This document shows, piece after piece, positions 11,701-25,030 of a DNA stretch of 64,000 bases. Origin of the DNA: Torpedo marmorata (taxonomy: Eukaryota); contig OZ360222.1 of NCBI GenBank assembly GCA_977017645.1, positions 129,766,001 through 129,830,000 of the forward strand. The letters are read 5' to 3'. The notes under the pieces were generated by a model. It was given only the letters and a program-made list of their open reading frames with translations. It searched no databases and had not been told where the DNA came from. The position numbers were made by a program, and so were the translations under genes. Each line of letters opens with the position of its first letter. Within the stretch, counting starts at the first letter, position 1.

Positions 11701-14700
11701 ATAAAACCATTAAAATGAGGCTGAAAAAGGGGGGTCGACTTATCTGCCGGTCGACTTATACGCTGAAATATACGGTAGTAATTCTGTAACTGCAAAGGGG
11801 AATTCAGGAGAAACTTCTTCACACAGAATCATGTTAAGAATGTGGAATTTATTACACACACGATCAGTTGAAATGAGTGGTATTTTTGAAGTTATGAAGA
11901 AGATGAATAAACACCAAAGGGAGGAAAATAAAACATGATGAGACTTTGCTACATTGAGGTGAAGGGTGCTGAAGGCTCAAATGGAACAAACAGAAGCATA
12001 AATGAGTTCAGCCAAGTGATCTGTTTAGGTTCTACAATTATTTTGTTATATTGCAAAAATATTTTCAGGATAATTTTAATACACACTATTGGATCACCTA
12101 ATTCTGAAGTTGGAATATAGCCTTTCGGCCACCTGTTGCACCGCTGTTTCTTCCCATCCATTTTCTTTGTAAATTTGAACTCATCCAAAATGTTACAACT
12201 TGTAACCTTACTCATTGCAAGTCCTGCTTACCCATTGATCCTGTTTGCTGACTAGCATTGTGTTCTGGTAAAGAAATGTCTCAATCTCATCCCATTTTTC
12301 AAATCCCTCCTCGGTTTTCATCCATCCCTGTCTCTGTTATCTCCTTCAGCCCTAAAACCTCAAAAGGTGTTTGGGCTCCTTCAATTCAATGTAGCCAATT
12401 TTAATTATTCTGCCATTCCTGTGCATGCCCTCAGCTGGCAAGTCCTTTAGATTTGCGATTCTTTCTTTCAACCCCCCCGTCTGTGTTCTCATGCACCAGG
12501 GAAAACATCTTCCACACATCTGTCAAATTTTTTCAACATTTTCAGGACATCTATTAAATTATTCCATCTGCCTTGCAGAGGTTTCACCTCAAACAGTGCA
12601 GCTCAAGCAACAAGTGAAGGGCTTTGTAATCGGAGGCCACATGGTTCATCAGGCCTGCTCTATCCAGAAACCAGAGGTAGAAATTCAATTGTGTATGAGT
12701 TACATGTACATCATGGCACGAGACGTGAGCTATACTCCAATGCAATTCTCCTGAAGGAAAAAATAACTGAAATCAGAAACTCCTCAAAAATTGTTGAGGC
12801 AGGGAATTAAACAAAATGTTCAAAACTTAGCTAGAGTATTAAAGGTAATGAAACAAAGGCAGTAAGTTAAAATTCAAAGACAAATAAGGCATGAACTAAT
12901 GGAATGTCAGAACAAATATTTAGACATACAGCACGTTAACAGGCCATTTCGGTATGAGGGACCTCTTCTGGATACTTGTTCCACGTTTCTAAGACTTTGT
13001 TAGAGGAAACTTATTTCATATTTTCAGACATTATCCAAGGGTTTTGAACTTTGCACTTGTGCCCTCTGGACCCCTGCCTGTGGTTCAAGATGAATTACTT
13101 GTTTATTTCCACTTTATCTTGGCCTTCCATTACTTTGAATGCCAGGATCATGTTTCATCTTGGTGTGCATTCCCAAGTGAAAATAAGTTAATTGCTCACA
13201 TTTTACTCAAATTCCTCTTAATTTGAACCCCTTCTGGTGAATTATTTTTGATGTAGTGCATCCCAAACTGGAAACTTTACCTGAGAGCCCACTGGATATT
13301 GTTCTATTCATTGATTGCATGATTTGTTCTGATGCGTATTCTAGCATGTTCACAAGATGCACTTCAATACTGAATTCTAATCTGAACAATCTCCTACTAA
13401 TCAAATCTTTCTAGAGAGACCATCTATCATTTTCCCCAAATCCTTTCTTTTGTCTTTTTATTGAATGTTTGCTGAAAAGAATCAGATTAAATGCTGGACA
13501 AATTCAATTCAATATGCTATTTCTCAGCTCATATGCATAGTTGATTTGATGTGAAGATAACCGATATCCCTTTCTAGTCATGGTATGTCAAATGGCTTTG
13601 TTCTATTAGTTACATGACAGTTAATTTGTTCCATATCATAAAAAATTTCTATAAATATGCATCTGAGATTTATTTTACTCAAAATGCACCTTTTCTCCTT
13701 GTTAGCAGTCTATCTTCTGATGCCAGACCAATTCTTATCCATCTTAATTTATTAGCTTTAAGAAAAAAATTTCAATCTTTTGGGTAATGGATGTGTGAGT
13801 GAATGACATTTCCCAAATTTGACTTGATCAGTTCCTTATGAACAAAACGTCAAAGACACCTTCACTATCAACGAACATCAAGCAGCTGACATCCAGTAAT
13901 ACTCGTGTCAGCAACATCTGATAACAAATGAGGGAACTCTTGGCTCCTAAATAATCCAGCATTTAGGTTTTCCAGCAACATTTCATAAGGAAGTAACAAT
14001 CTAAACGCGACTTAGGAAAAAAATATATACTGCAGGAACAAAATGAAGATATGGATTGCCCACAGGCTCTGTAGTGTGATTCAGCAAGCCTTCTGCAGAA
14101 AATAACGGTGAAGCGCATATTTGAACAAGCATCTGAGGAATAGAAGGGTGGGGGTATTCAACAGTACAGGGATCAGGAAGAAAGGAACTCCACAGGGAGA
14201 AACAGTGTGTGAAGCTTCACTGAGCTTCCTGTATCAACTTCTCAGACTGAAATCTGAGCTGTGGCATACTATTTTCTCATGGAAGTTTGAAATGAACATT
14301 TGAAACATTTAGGATTTTTACTCTGGTAGCTCCACTCAAAGTTGTTGAGAGAACCTTTTGCCCTTTTAAAAGACTCATTCACATTTCAATAGCTTGCTGC
14401 CTCGCAAAATACTACTATTTGTTCATCAATGCACTTAATTAAGCACTTCTTCACTCACACTACGAGAACTAATGTTTATTTTTGTTGATTGGACATTACT
14501 GAAGTGACGACAAAACAAGTGAGTGCAGAATTGAGAACGAAGGACTTTGGGAAAGCTAAATCAATGACAGAACTGAGATTTAAAAATCATGTCAACTTTG
14601 GTATTTCTAATATTATAGTAACTACTGTATATGTAGTATAGTACTTTTTAAAAAAGACGCCCAACATCAAAATAAATAAACCAATGAATGCTGATGACAC

Positions 14701-15834
14701 CATCTGGGGAACAAGCTCGTTAGAGTTGTTTAGCCTGGCAGTGGGAAAGTGCTAAAAAAAATATGCACAGAGAAGCTGAATTATCCAAGGTTAATGACCA
14801 TCTCTGTGGATGTTAGTTTAGCTCCTCACACTGTCACCAAGATTAATATAAGCAATTTAAAAAATCTAAAGAACAAAGAAAGAGATAAAAGAACATTATA
14901 AATGATAATCTCACAATCTGTCAGACAGGTCCACACCTGTGTTCAACAATTATTTAATTGTTAAAGTTATCAAAGGCTTTTGTTCCTTGAATGGCAATAT
15001 GCCAAACTATAACATACCTGCATACCAGTTTTGTTCACTGTTCTGCTGTAAAATAAAAATGACAACATCGAAGAAACTACTTATTCTATGACTTCAATGG
15101 GTTATCTGCATTCCTTATCAAATAATATAGAGTTCCATTGAAGAAATATAGAGTTCCATTGCAGAAAACATGAGTGATTTGATTAAAGTTCAGAATTCTG
15201 ATTCTGATTTGATTAAAGTTACAGGATAAATCTCATGTTACTTTCAATATTTTTCTCTGCATTTCATGAAATATTAGGGCAGATGCAGGGTAATGAAAAG
15301 TGTGAAAGTACGTGTCCCAGTGAACATTCATCCCACAATCAAAATTTCTGAACATGACGTTGACGATTGTGGAATATTGTTGTGCAAACTGCCAAATACT
15401 TTGCCAGGAACATTTCTGAACTCTATTATTTTATCTTACTGAGGTATAAATTAAGGTTTTGTTTTAAGGATAATTTAATAACTAATGTAATAATATTTCA
15501 GTTACTTAAATTGAACAGAAGAATCAAAAAGGCTAGTGAACTAGCTTTCAAAATGAAATCAGGCAAGTATTAAAGAATGGAATATAACTGGGAGTTCACT
15601 GGAAACTATACTAATGATTGTACAGAAAATTAATTAATGTTTCAGACAGCAAATGCTGGTCATATGCTTTCCATTCAATTCAATCAGAGTAAGAGAGGAT
15701 AACTGGAATCACTTTGGGGGCAGGGGGAGGGGAATACAATTTGGTTATGTGACTGTTGCAAACTCCTGCTTTTTCTGAGTTGTTTTTCTGTGGAATTACA
15801 ACAAATCAATATGTTTTAAGTTACTCTCAAGCTT

Positions 15835-18464
15835 GATAATGATGGGTTTTCATCAGAATTTTATAAAGAATTTAAAGATTTATTGATACTTCCATATATG
15901 GAGGTATTAGATCAAATTACGGAAACTCATTTATTACCGAAAACATTTTTAAATGCTATAATTACAGTTATACCAAAGAAGGATAGAGATGTATTAAAAA
16001 CTGAATCATATAGACCTATTTCATTATTAAATGTAGATTATAAAATAATGGCAAAAATTTTAGCAAATAGAATGGCTAAATATTTGCCAGATTTGGTACA
16101 TCTAGACCAAGCTGGTTTTATTAAAAATAGATATTCAAAGGATAATATAGCTAGATTAATTAGTTTAATTAGTTTGCATAAAAAGAAACAAGATTTACCA
16201 TTAGTTGTAACATTAGATGCTGAAAAGGCATTATTTAAGGTATTAGAAAAATTTGGTTTTGGAAATACATTTATAAATTGGATTAAAACTATATATAAAG
16301 AACCATCAGCTAAAGTAATTACAAATGGACAAATATCGCCAATATTTTCTTTGACACGTTCTACGAGACAGGGATGTCCCCTGTCACCAGCTTTATTTGT
16401 TTTGGCGACAGAAACTTTGGCTGAATTAGTTAGAAAAGATCCTAAAATAGTGGGTATTAAAGTTGGTATGGAAGAACATAAGATTAGTTTGTTTGCAGAT
16501 GATGTATTGATATATATGACAAAGTCTATTATATCACTTCAACAATTATCTATTATATTAAGAGAATATGGTGAAATATCTGGATATAAAATTAATTCAG
16601 ATAAGAGTGAAATAATGGCTTTATCTCAAGGTGATTACACTAGATGTAAAGAAATTACACAATTTAAATGGGCTAAAGAAGGAATTATTTGGGGGTTAAG
16701 GTTGATACAAAATTGGAAAACTTGTATAAATTAAATTATCTACCATTATTTGTGAAAATAAAGAAAGATTTAGAGAATTGGAAAGATTTACCCATAACTT
16801 TAATGGGAAGGGTAAACTGTATTAAAATGAATATATTTCCAAGAGTTCAGTATCTTTTTCAATCAATTCCTTTTGGAATTCCTCAAAAAATTTTTAAAGA
16901 TTTAAATTTTATTATTAGGAAATTTTTATGGAAAGGAAAGTTAGCAAGAGTAAGCATGGAAAAGTTAACCTGGAATTATGAGCTGGGTGGATTGCAACTT
17001 CCTAATTTTCAAAATTATTATAAAGCAGCCCAATTAAAATTTGTTAATGAATTTTTTGATTCAACTAAAACTTCTGCTTGGATTAAAATATAATTAAATA
17101 ATATAGGAGAAAATTTTAAAGAAGAGATTATTTATAAATGGGATTCTAAATTCATATCAGTAAAAAAGAAAAATTCACCGATTATTAAGCATTTGTTAGA
17201 AATATGGGGTAAGATGGATAAAGAGATAGGTGGAAGAGGATTAATTTCTTCAAATATGCCATTATACCAAAATGGACTTATATCATTTACTGTTAATAAT
17301 CAGTTATTTGAAATTTGGTCTCAAAAAGGTATTAAGAAGATTAATGATTGTTTTGAAGCTGGAAAATTTATCACGTTTCAAAGAATGAAAGATAAATTTA
17401 ATATATTAGATAATACATTTTTAGCTTATCATCAAGTTAAAGCTTTTTTAACTGAGAAATTAGGTCATGCTTTGATTTTACCAAGACAAAATGAATTAGA
17501 ATTATTAATTACTAATGGAGAAGTTAATAAATTTATTTCTCAAATGTATAAATTGTTTCAGAGGAAAATGCCTAAAATAGGACTGCATAAATCAAGATTA
17601 AAATGGGAATTAGATTTAAATGTAAATATAGATGAAAATCATTGGAAAGATTTATGTAAGTTAAGTATGACGAAAATTATTAATGTTAGATATAGATTAG
17701 TACAATATAATTTCTTTCATCAATTATATTTAACACCTAAAAAATTAAAGAAATTTAATCCGACATTATCAGGATTATGTTTTAGATGCAATAATGAGGA
17801 AGGTTCTTTTGTTCATTCTACATGGTTTTGTCCAAAGATTCAAGATTTTTGGTTGAAAGTTAAAAAAAATTTTGGATAAAATATTTAATATTACATTTCC
17901 AATGGACCCTATGTTATTTTTATTTGGAGATATTAAAAAATTTAGTATTAAAAAGAAATTAAATATGTTTCAAGTAGAATTTTTACGAATTGCTTTAGCG
18001 GTTTCGAAAAAATGCTTGGAAAAATTACTTGGAAATCTGACTTAGATTTAGGATTAGAAAGATGGCATGCAGAGCTCCGTTCGTGTATACCACTGGAAAA
18101 AATTACTTATAATTTACGTAATAAATATCTTTTTTTTTGTGGAAAATTTGGAGCCCATATATGAGAGCTGTGGGTTTAGGGATTTGAAGATCTCTAGATA
18201 TCGGATCTACTGGCACATTTGACCTCCGTAATAGAATTAGTTTATAGATGATATTCCCCTTATTCTATCTTTTCCTTTCTTTCCTTTTTCTATTTTTATT
18301 TTTACTTTTACTTTATATTACTAGATTAGTGGGGATGAAGGGGTTAAGGAGGGGAGGGAGGTGGGGGGGGTGAAAATGTATCACATGTATTTTGACAATT
18401 TTATATTTTATTTTATGTATTTTGTGATTTTAAAGTTTAAATAAAATTTTAAAAAAATAAAAAA
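15835..18464 (+). mobile_element. 5'-truncated, very AT-rich L1-clade LINE (ORF2 RT + C-terminal Cys-rich domain)
   Basis: YRPISLLNVDYKI, QAGFI, RQGCPLSP, FADD and CFRC...H...C motifs across ORFs 15883-16734, 16689-17093 and 17193-17879; G-rich 3' UTR, AATAAA and poly-A; probable TSD aagctt (15829-15834, 18465-18470). Confidence 0.93.
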
Positions 18465-18719
18465 AAGCTTAAGTTTACTTTGAACGTCATTAATTATATA
18501 ATCAGCCCACATTACCTTTCTTCTACAGGTCATTTTACTTCACAGATATTTAATTCCATCACATTTTCAGTTCCTTGCATTTGCTGCCACATTTTCTGAA
18601 GATTTCCCAAGGTTGTATGTGATATCATGTATGTACTCTGACAATAAATTTGAACTTTGCACCCCTATAATACAGAGTATGTTGAACTTGCAATGACAAG
18701 CAAAGCAACGGAGAACTGA

Positions 18720-18955
18720 AATCCTATTCCACTATTTTGAAGAACAGCCAAGTATATTATAGCATGGTAGTCTATGATCACAATCAAAAATGGTCTTCAA
18801 ATAATGATCCAAATGATGAAGATTATTTCATCATTAGCTGACACACTTACTACAGTGCAACAGTGACTGCATGTCAAAAGCGCTTCACTGGCTGGAAATC
18901 AATTTGTGATGCACTCAGGTCATAAAAGATTCTATAGAAATGCAATTTCTTTCTA
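18720..18955 (+). mobile_element. Ancient Deu-domain (SacSINE1-like) SINE 3' half
   Basis: caacagtgactgc...aaaagcgcttcactggctg...tatagaaatgcaatttctttc resembles the recalled DeuSINE 3' region; also similar to 50290-50515 and 51670-52025. Confidence 0.5.
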
Positions 18956-19769
18956 CTAATTGGAGTTTTAAAAGGAAGAAAACATTCAGACAAGTATTTT
19001 CAATCTAAGTGACAGCATTTCTAAGGAAGGAAACCCAGTTTTTTTTATCTCTAAAATTAATTTTTCTCAAAAGGGCTATTCCTCATTTATGAAGTTCATT
19101 CTTTCTCATAGATTGACTGAATGTCTCCTCATAATCATGATGGATATCACTCTCATTAATCCTGCAACATAATTCATCAACATTAACTAATAAACTGCAC
19201 TAAAATTGTATCCATGTAAGCAAGAGAACATGTCCCTTTGGACCCATTGGACACCATCCCAATAAGAAGCAACAAGAGAAATTCTTCAAATTCCAAAAAC
19301 CTCAGCTTAAGAAAAAGTAGAGATAAAAAACCTCAATCAATTTTCTGGTGGTGAGCTTATTGCTTTCATTTCTGCAAATGTATTTGCAATTAACAAGTGT
19401 ATTTTCAATGCAAGTGGTCTCCCATTTCAACCCATCTCACATTTCAATCCTCAGTGCATACAAGAAGCAACATCACAATTTACACAAACTTTACTTGATA
19501 TGTTTACTGTTAAACCTAACACTTCATGATCAACTGCATCATTTGAAGCTAATGGAAACATTATATGCCATCTTTATTTACCAAAACATAACATCCAATG
19601 TTGTCTGGTATATTATTTGCTTAGGCGGAATTTGTCCTTGTGGACTGAACCATTTCAATGTAGCTGAAGATTCAAGATGTTATATTCCAGTCAAACTCTG
19701 ATAACCTGTCACACTTAGGACTTTGGTCGTGCTGGAGTAGATTTTCCATATGATTGGAAGTTCCACATT

Positions 19770-22700
19770 TTAGAACCATAGAACGCAACAGCACAGAAAA
19801 TAGGCCATTCAGCCCTTCTAGTCTGTGCCGACCATTATTCCGCTAGCCCCATTGACCTGCTCCCACTCCATAACCCTCGACCTCTCCCATCCATGTATCT
19901 ATCCAATTTATTCTTAAAACTTTAGATCGAGCCTGCATTCACCACATCAGATGGAAGCTTATTCCACACTTTCCCCTAATTTTCCCCCTAAACCTTTCCC
20001 CTTTCAGCTTAAAACTATGACCTCTCATATTTATCTCCCCAATCTAAGTGAAAAAAGCCTACTCGTATCCACTTTGTCTATACCTCTCATAATCTTGTAA
20101 ACCTCCATCAAATCTCCCCTCATTCTTCTTCGCTCCAAGGAATAAAGGCCTAACCTGTTTAATTTTTCCCTGTAACTCAACTCCTGAAGACCTAGCAACA
20201 TCTGAGTAAATCTTCTCTGCACTCTTTCAATATTATTGATATCCTTCCTGTAATTAGGCGACCAGAACTGCACACAATATTCCAAATTTGGCCTCACCAA
20301 TGTCTTAAACAACTTCAACATAACATCCCAACTCCTATACTCAATACTTTGATTTATAAAGGCTTAGATGCCAAAAGCTTTCTTTACAACCCTGTCCACC
20401 TACAACGCCACCTTCAGGGAACAATGTATCTGTATTCCAAGATCTCTTTGCTCCTTCGCACTCCTCAGTGCCCTACCGTTTACTGTGTATGTCCTACCTT
20501 GGTTTTCCCTTCCAAAATGCAACACCTCACACTTGTCTGCATTAAACTCCATCTGCCATTTTTTGGCCCATTCCAGTTGGTCCAGATCCCTCTGCAAGCT
20601 TTGAAATCTTCCTCGCTGTCCACAATGCCTCTTATCTTTGTGTCATCAGCAAACTTGCTGATCCAATTTACCACATTATTATCCAGATCATCGATATAGA
20701 CAACAAACAACAATGGTCCCAACACAGATCCCTGAGGCACACCACTAGTCACAGGCCTCCAGTCTGAGAAGCAACCATCCACTACTACTCTCTGTTTTCT
20801 CCCACAGAGCCAATTTTGAATCCAGTTTACAACCTCTCCGTGGATACCTAGTGTCTTAACCTTCTGAACTAACCTCCCATGTGGGACCTTGTCAAAGTCT
20901 TTACTAAAGTCCATGTAGACAACATCCACAGCCTTTCCTTCATCTACCTTCTTGGTAACCTCCTCGAAAAACTCTACAAGATTCGTTAAACACGACCTAC
21001 CATGCACAAAGCCATGCTGACTGTCCTTAATCAGCCCATGGCTGTCCAAATACCTATATATCCTATCTCTCAGAACTCCTTGCAATAATTTACCTACTAC
21101 TAACGTCAGGCTCACTGGCCTATAATTACCTGGTTTATTTTTGAAGCCTTTTTTAAGCAACGGGACAACATGAGCTACCGTCCAATCCTCTGGTACCTCA
21201 ACCCGTGGCTAAGGACATTTTGAACATATCTGCCAGGGCCCCTGCAATTTCTACACTAGTCTCCCTCAAGGTCCGATGGAATATCATATCTAGCCCGGGT
21301 GATTTATCTACCTTTATTCGCTGCAAGGCAGCAAGCACCGCTTCTTCCTTAATCTCCATATGTCAAGTCAAGTCACCTTTATTTGTCGTTCATTACCATA
21401 TACACAATAAGATGAGATAGTGTTTCTCCAGGACCATGGGCAAATGTACATAAATATCATAATACAATAAAAAACTATAACATGCTAATACACATATATA
21501 TATAAAAATTGAGGAGCCTGATGGCTTGGGGGAAAGAATTGTTGCACAATCTGGACGTACGAGCCCGAATGCTTCAGTACCTCCTTCCAGATGGCAAAAG
21601 GGAAAAAAGTTTACAAAAGGAGTGTGAGAAGTCCTTCACAATGTTATTAGCCTTCCTCATGCATCGTGTGTTGTAGATGTCCGTTATGGTGGGAAGAGAG
21701 ACACCAATAATTTTCTCCGCTGACCCCACTATCCTCTGCAGGGTCTTTCGGTCCGAGATGGTACAGTTTCCAAACCAAGTGGTGATGCAATTTCTCAGAA
21801 TACTCTCAATACATCCCCTGTAGAATGTAGTAAGGATAGAGGGTGGAAGATGAACTTTCCTCAACCTTCGCAGGAAGTAAAGACGCTGCTGGGCTTTCTT
21901 GGCTATCGATCTGGTGTTGAGGGACCAGGTGAGATTCTCTGCCAAGTGCACTCCAAGAAACTTGGTACTCTTTACGACCTCAACGGTAGAGCTGTCCATG
22001 GTCAATGGAGAATGATCCCCCCGGGCCCTCCTGAAGTCGACAACCAACTCTTTTGTTTTATTTACATTTAGATGCAGGTTGTTGGCTCCGCACCATTCCA
22101 TTAGCGACTGCACCTCATCTCTGTATGCTGACTCATCGTTCTTGCTGATAAGGCCCACCACGGTTGTATCATCAGCAAACTTGATGATGTGATTCGAGCT
22201 GTGTTTTGCTGAACAGTCATGAGTCAGCAGAGTGAACAGCAATGGACTAAGCACAAAGCCCTGGGGAGCTCCCGTGTTCAATGTAATGACCTTAGAAGTG
22301 CTGTTTCCAATCCAGACTGCCTGAGGTCTTCCCGTCAGGGAGTCTAGAATCCAATTACAGAGGGTGTTGTTTAGTCCCAACCCGCTCAACTTCCCTATCA
22401 GGTACTGAGGTATGATCGTGTTGAATGCCGAGCTGAAATCAATAAACAGCATTCGAACATACGCGTCCTTATTTTCCAGGTGGGTGAGGGCTAGATGGAG
22501 GGTGGTAATGATGGCATCATCCGTAGAGCGGTTTGATCTATATGCGAACTGCAGGGGGTCCAGTGAGGGGGGCAGCAGAAGCTTGATGTGCCCCACGACG
22601 AGCCTCTCGAAGCACTTCATGACAGTAGATGTGAGTGCGACAGGGCGGTAGTCATTGAGGCAGGACACCGTCGACTTCTTCAGCACGGGGACGATGGTAG

Positions 22701-24065
22701 CGGCTTTGAAGCACGTTGGAACCACGGCACTGCTCAGGGAGATGTTAAAGATGTCGTTGAGAACATCTGCCAGCTGGGCCGCACAGCCTCCATGACACTT
22801 CTGTTTGTTTTCCTTCCTTATTCACTATGCCAGTTTCCTGACTAAATACTGATGCAAAAAAACTGTTTAAGATCTCCCCCATTACGTGAGGCTCCACACA
22901 TAGTTGACCACTCTGATCCTCTAGGGGACCAATTTTGTCCCTTACCATCCTTTTACTCTTAATATACTTGTAGAAACCCTTTGGGTTTACCTTCACATTA
23001 TCTGCCAAAGCAACCTCATGTCTTCTTTTTGCCTTCCTGATTTCCTTCTTGAGTATTATCTTGCATTTTCTGTACTCTTCAAGTACCTCATTAGCTCCTT
23101 GTTGCCTATACTTGCTATACACCTCCCTCTTCTTCTTAACCAGATCGCCAATATCCCTTGAAAACCAGGGTTCCCTATGCCTGTTAACTTTGCCTTTAAT
23201 CCTAACAGGAACATGCAAACTCTGCACTCTCAAAATTTCGCCTTTGAAGGCCATCCACTTACTTAACACACCCTTGCCAGAAAACAACATATCCCAATCC
23301 ACTCTTCCTAGATCCTTTCTCATTTCCACAAAATTTGCCTTCCTCCAAATTAGAATCCCAACATGAGGACCAGACTTATCCTTTTCCATAATTAACTTGA
23401 AGCTAATGACATTATGGTCACTCGACCCAAAATGTTTGCCTACACATACATCTGTCACCTGACCTGTCTTGTTCCCTAATAGGAGATCAAGTACTGCATC
23501 CTCTCTCGTTGGTACCTCTATATATTGATTTAGAAAACTTTCCTGAACACATTTCACAAACTCGAAGCCATCCAGCCCTTTCACAGTATAGGAGTCCCAG
23601 TCAATATTTGGAAAGTTAAAATCTCCTTCTATCACAACTTTCTGCTTCTTCCATCGGTCTGCTATCTCTCTACAGATTTGCTCCTCCAATTCTCTCTGAC
23701 TATTGGGCGGTCTATAATACAACCCTATCAGTGTGTTCACACCTTTCCCGTTCCTCAACTCCACACATATGGCCTCTGTAGACAAACCCTGCTGGCTGTC
23801 CTGACTTCGCACAGCTGAAATATTTTCCCTGACTAGCAATGCCACTCCTCCCCCTTTCATCCCTCCCCCTCTATCACGTCTGAAGCAACAGAACCCCGCA
23901 ACATTAAGATGCCAGTCCTGCCCCTCCTGCAACCAAGTCTCACTAATAGCAATAATGTCGTAATCCCACGTGTCAATCCATGCCCTAAACTCGTCAGCCT
24001 TTCCAACAATACTCCTTGCATTAAGATAAATACACCTGAGAAAATTTCTATCCACTTTGCCTTTT
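19770..24065 (-). mobile_element. Long CR1 LINE ORF2 (APE + RT), interrupted at ~21363-22787
   Basis: ORF 22745-24094 APE (YLNARSI, SETWL, YYRPP, GDFN, SDHN); ORF 20480-21160 RT (NYRPVSL, QHGF, DFSKDFDKV, GVPQGSVLGP, FADD); C-terminus 20031-20321; tail at 19770. Confidence 0.95.
21363..22787 (-). mobile_element. 5'-truncated Rex1/Babar LINE inserted in the CR1
   Basis: Open 383-aa RT ([41 protein letters not shown]); reverse-complement tail (tcaag)n...tttatt at 21362-21385. Confidence 0.93.
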
Positions 24066-24719
24066 GACTTTTTCTTTAAAAGTACGTTACGCATTATTAT
24101 AATGAGTTTTCAAGTGAACCAGATAACTTGAAAGGCAGCACAGGAACCAGGGCCCCAGTGAGTGAGAAGGGAGTCACCAGATACTGAACTATGGGGATTT
24201 CAGAATCACTGGATAGTGGATTATTGGAGTTGTACTTTATTTTATAAAATGGCATTTTATCATAGTCACATTATTACAAGAGTCTGTCTTATCTTACACA
24301 GTTATTTTTGCCACATATATTTTATAATCTCAAAAGATTGCAAACATTCAAGAGTAAAATCAAGCCCTGGCTCATTTCTGTGAGGCAACAACTACCTGTG
24401 CCACAAAACTTAGTGAATGTGGATTTCTGAAGCTGTGAGGCGGCAGCTCCACAAGATGCACCACTGTGCCCTCCTTTCATTGCAATGACTAATGCAGATA
24501 CTAAAGGTAACTGAAGGTCACGACATAAAACCAAAAGTAATAGATACAAGAAGATAAAATAGTGAAGAGGTAGGCGATAAACAAATACGTATAGCAGAAA
24601 CTAGTTGGGCTGAAAGCAAAAGTATATTCCTTCACACAACAATTTATTAAATGTCCCCTGAGTCAGTGAAGAAAATATCAGCAATCCATCAGTACTGGCA
24701 ACTGTTAATACATTTTGAT

Positions 24720-25030
24720 AATTATATTTATGCACAACCTTGCACAAATCCAAGATGCCCCAATCCACTTTGTATCCAATTAACATAATCTTGGAATACA
24801 GTCATCATTGCAGTTGGCAAACATGGCAGTCGATTTGTGCACAGCATATTTCTGCAAACACCAATGTAAAAAATGATTGGGCAAATGCTTTTGTGATGTT
24901 GTTTGAGCAATTTATATTAGCACAACCCAAAAGTGAGAAGTCCCTTGCACTTCTTTGTAGTACAGATGGAAAATCTTTTACACCACCTGAGAGAGCCAGA
25001 AAAATAGGAGTTTACTGCTCCTTCACTTTC
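24720..25030 (-). mobile_element. Ancient Deu-domain (SacSINE1-like) SINE
   Basis: Reverse-complement match to the Deu core (ggcagtcgatttgtgcacagc, atcttttacaccacctgagag). Confidence 0.5.

Larger units (their letters stand above)
9734..11775 (-). mobile_element. pogo-superfamily DNA transposon (Passer/POGK-like, DD35D), full length
   Basis: TA target duplications at 9732-9733 and 11776-11777; 27-bp TIRs CCGTATATTTC(G/A)GCGTATAAGTCGACC with 1 mismatch; internal transposase. Confidence 0.95.

Noticed and set aside
11328-11789. Repetitive ORFs on both strands and CRISPR-like appearance of the 54-bp array
   Set aside because: The unit length is a multiple of 3, so frames stay open by construction; units are tandem without unique spacers, there are no cas genes, and the array lies inside a transposon.
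19686-19770. Possible old Tigger end (cagtcaaactctgataac)
   Set aside because: No matching second terminus or TSD could be found.
22745-24094. 449-aa ORF as a host endonuclease gene
   Set aside because: It is the APE portion of CR1 ORF2, continuous with the RT pieces after removing the Rex1/Babar insert.
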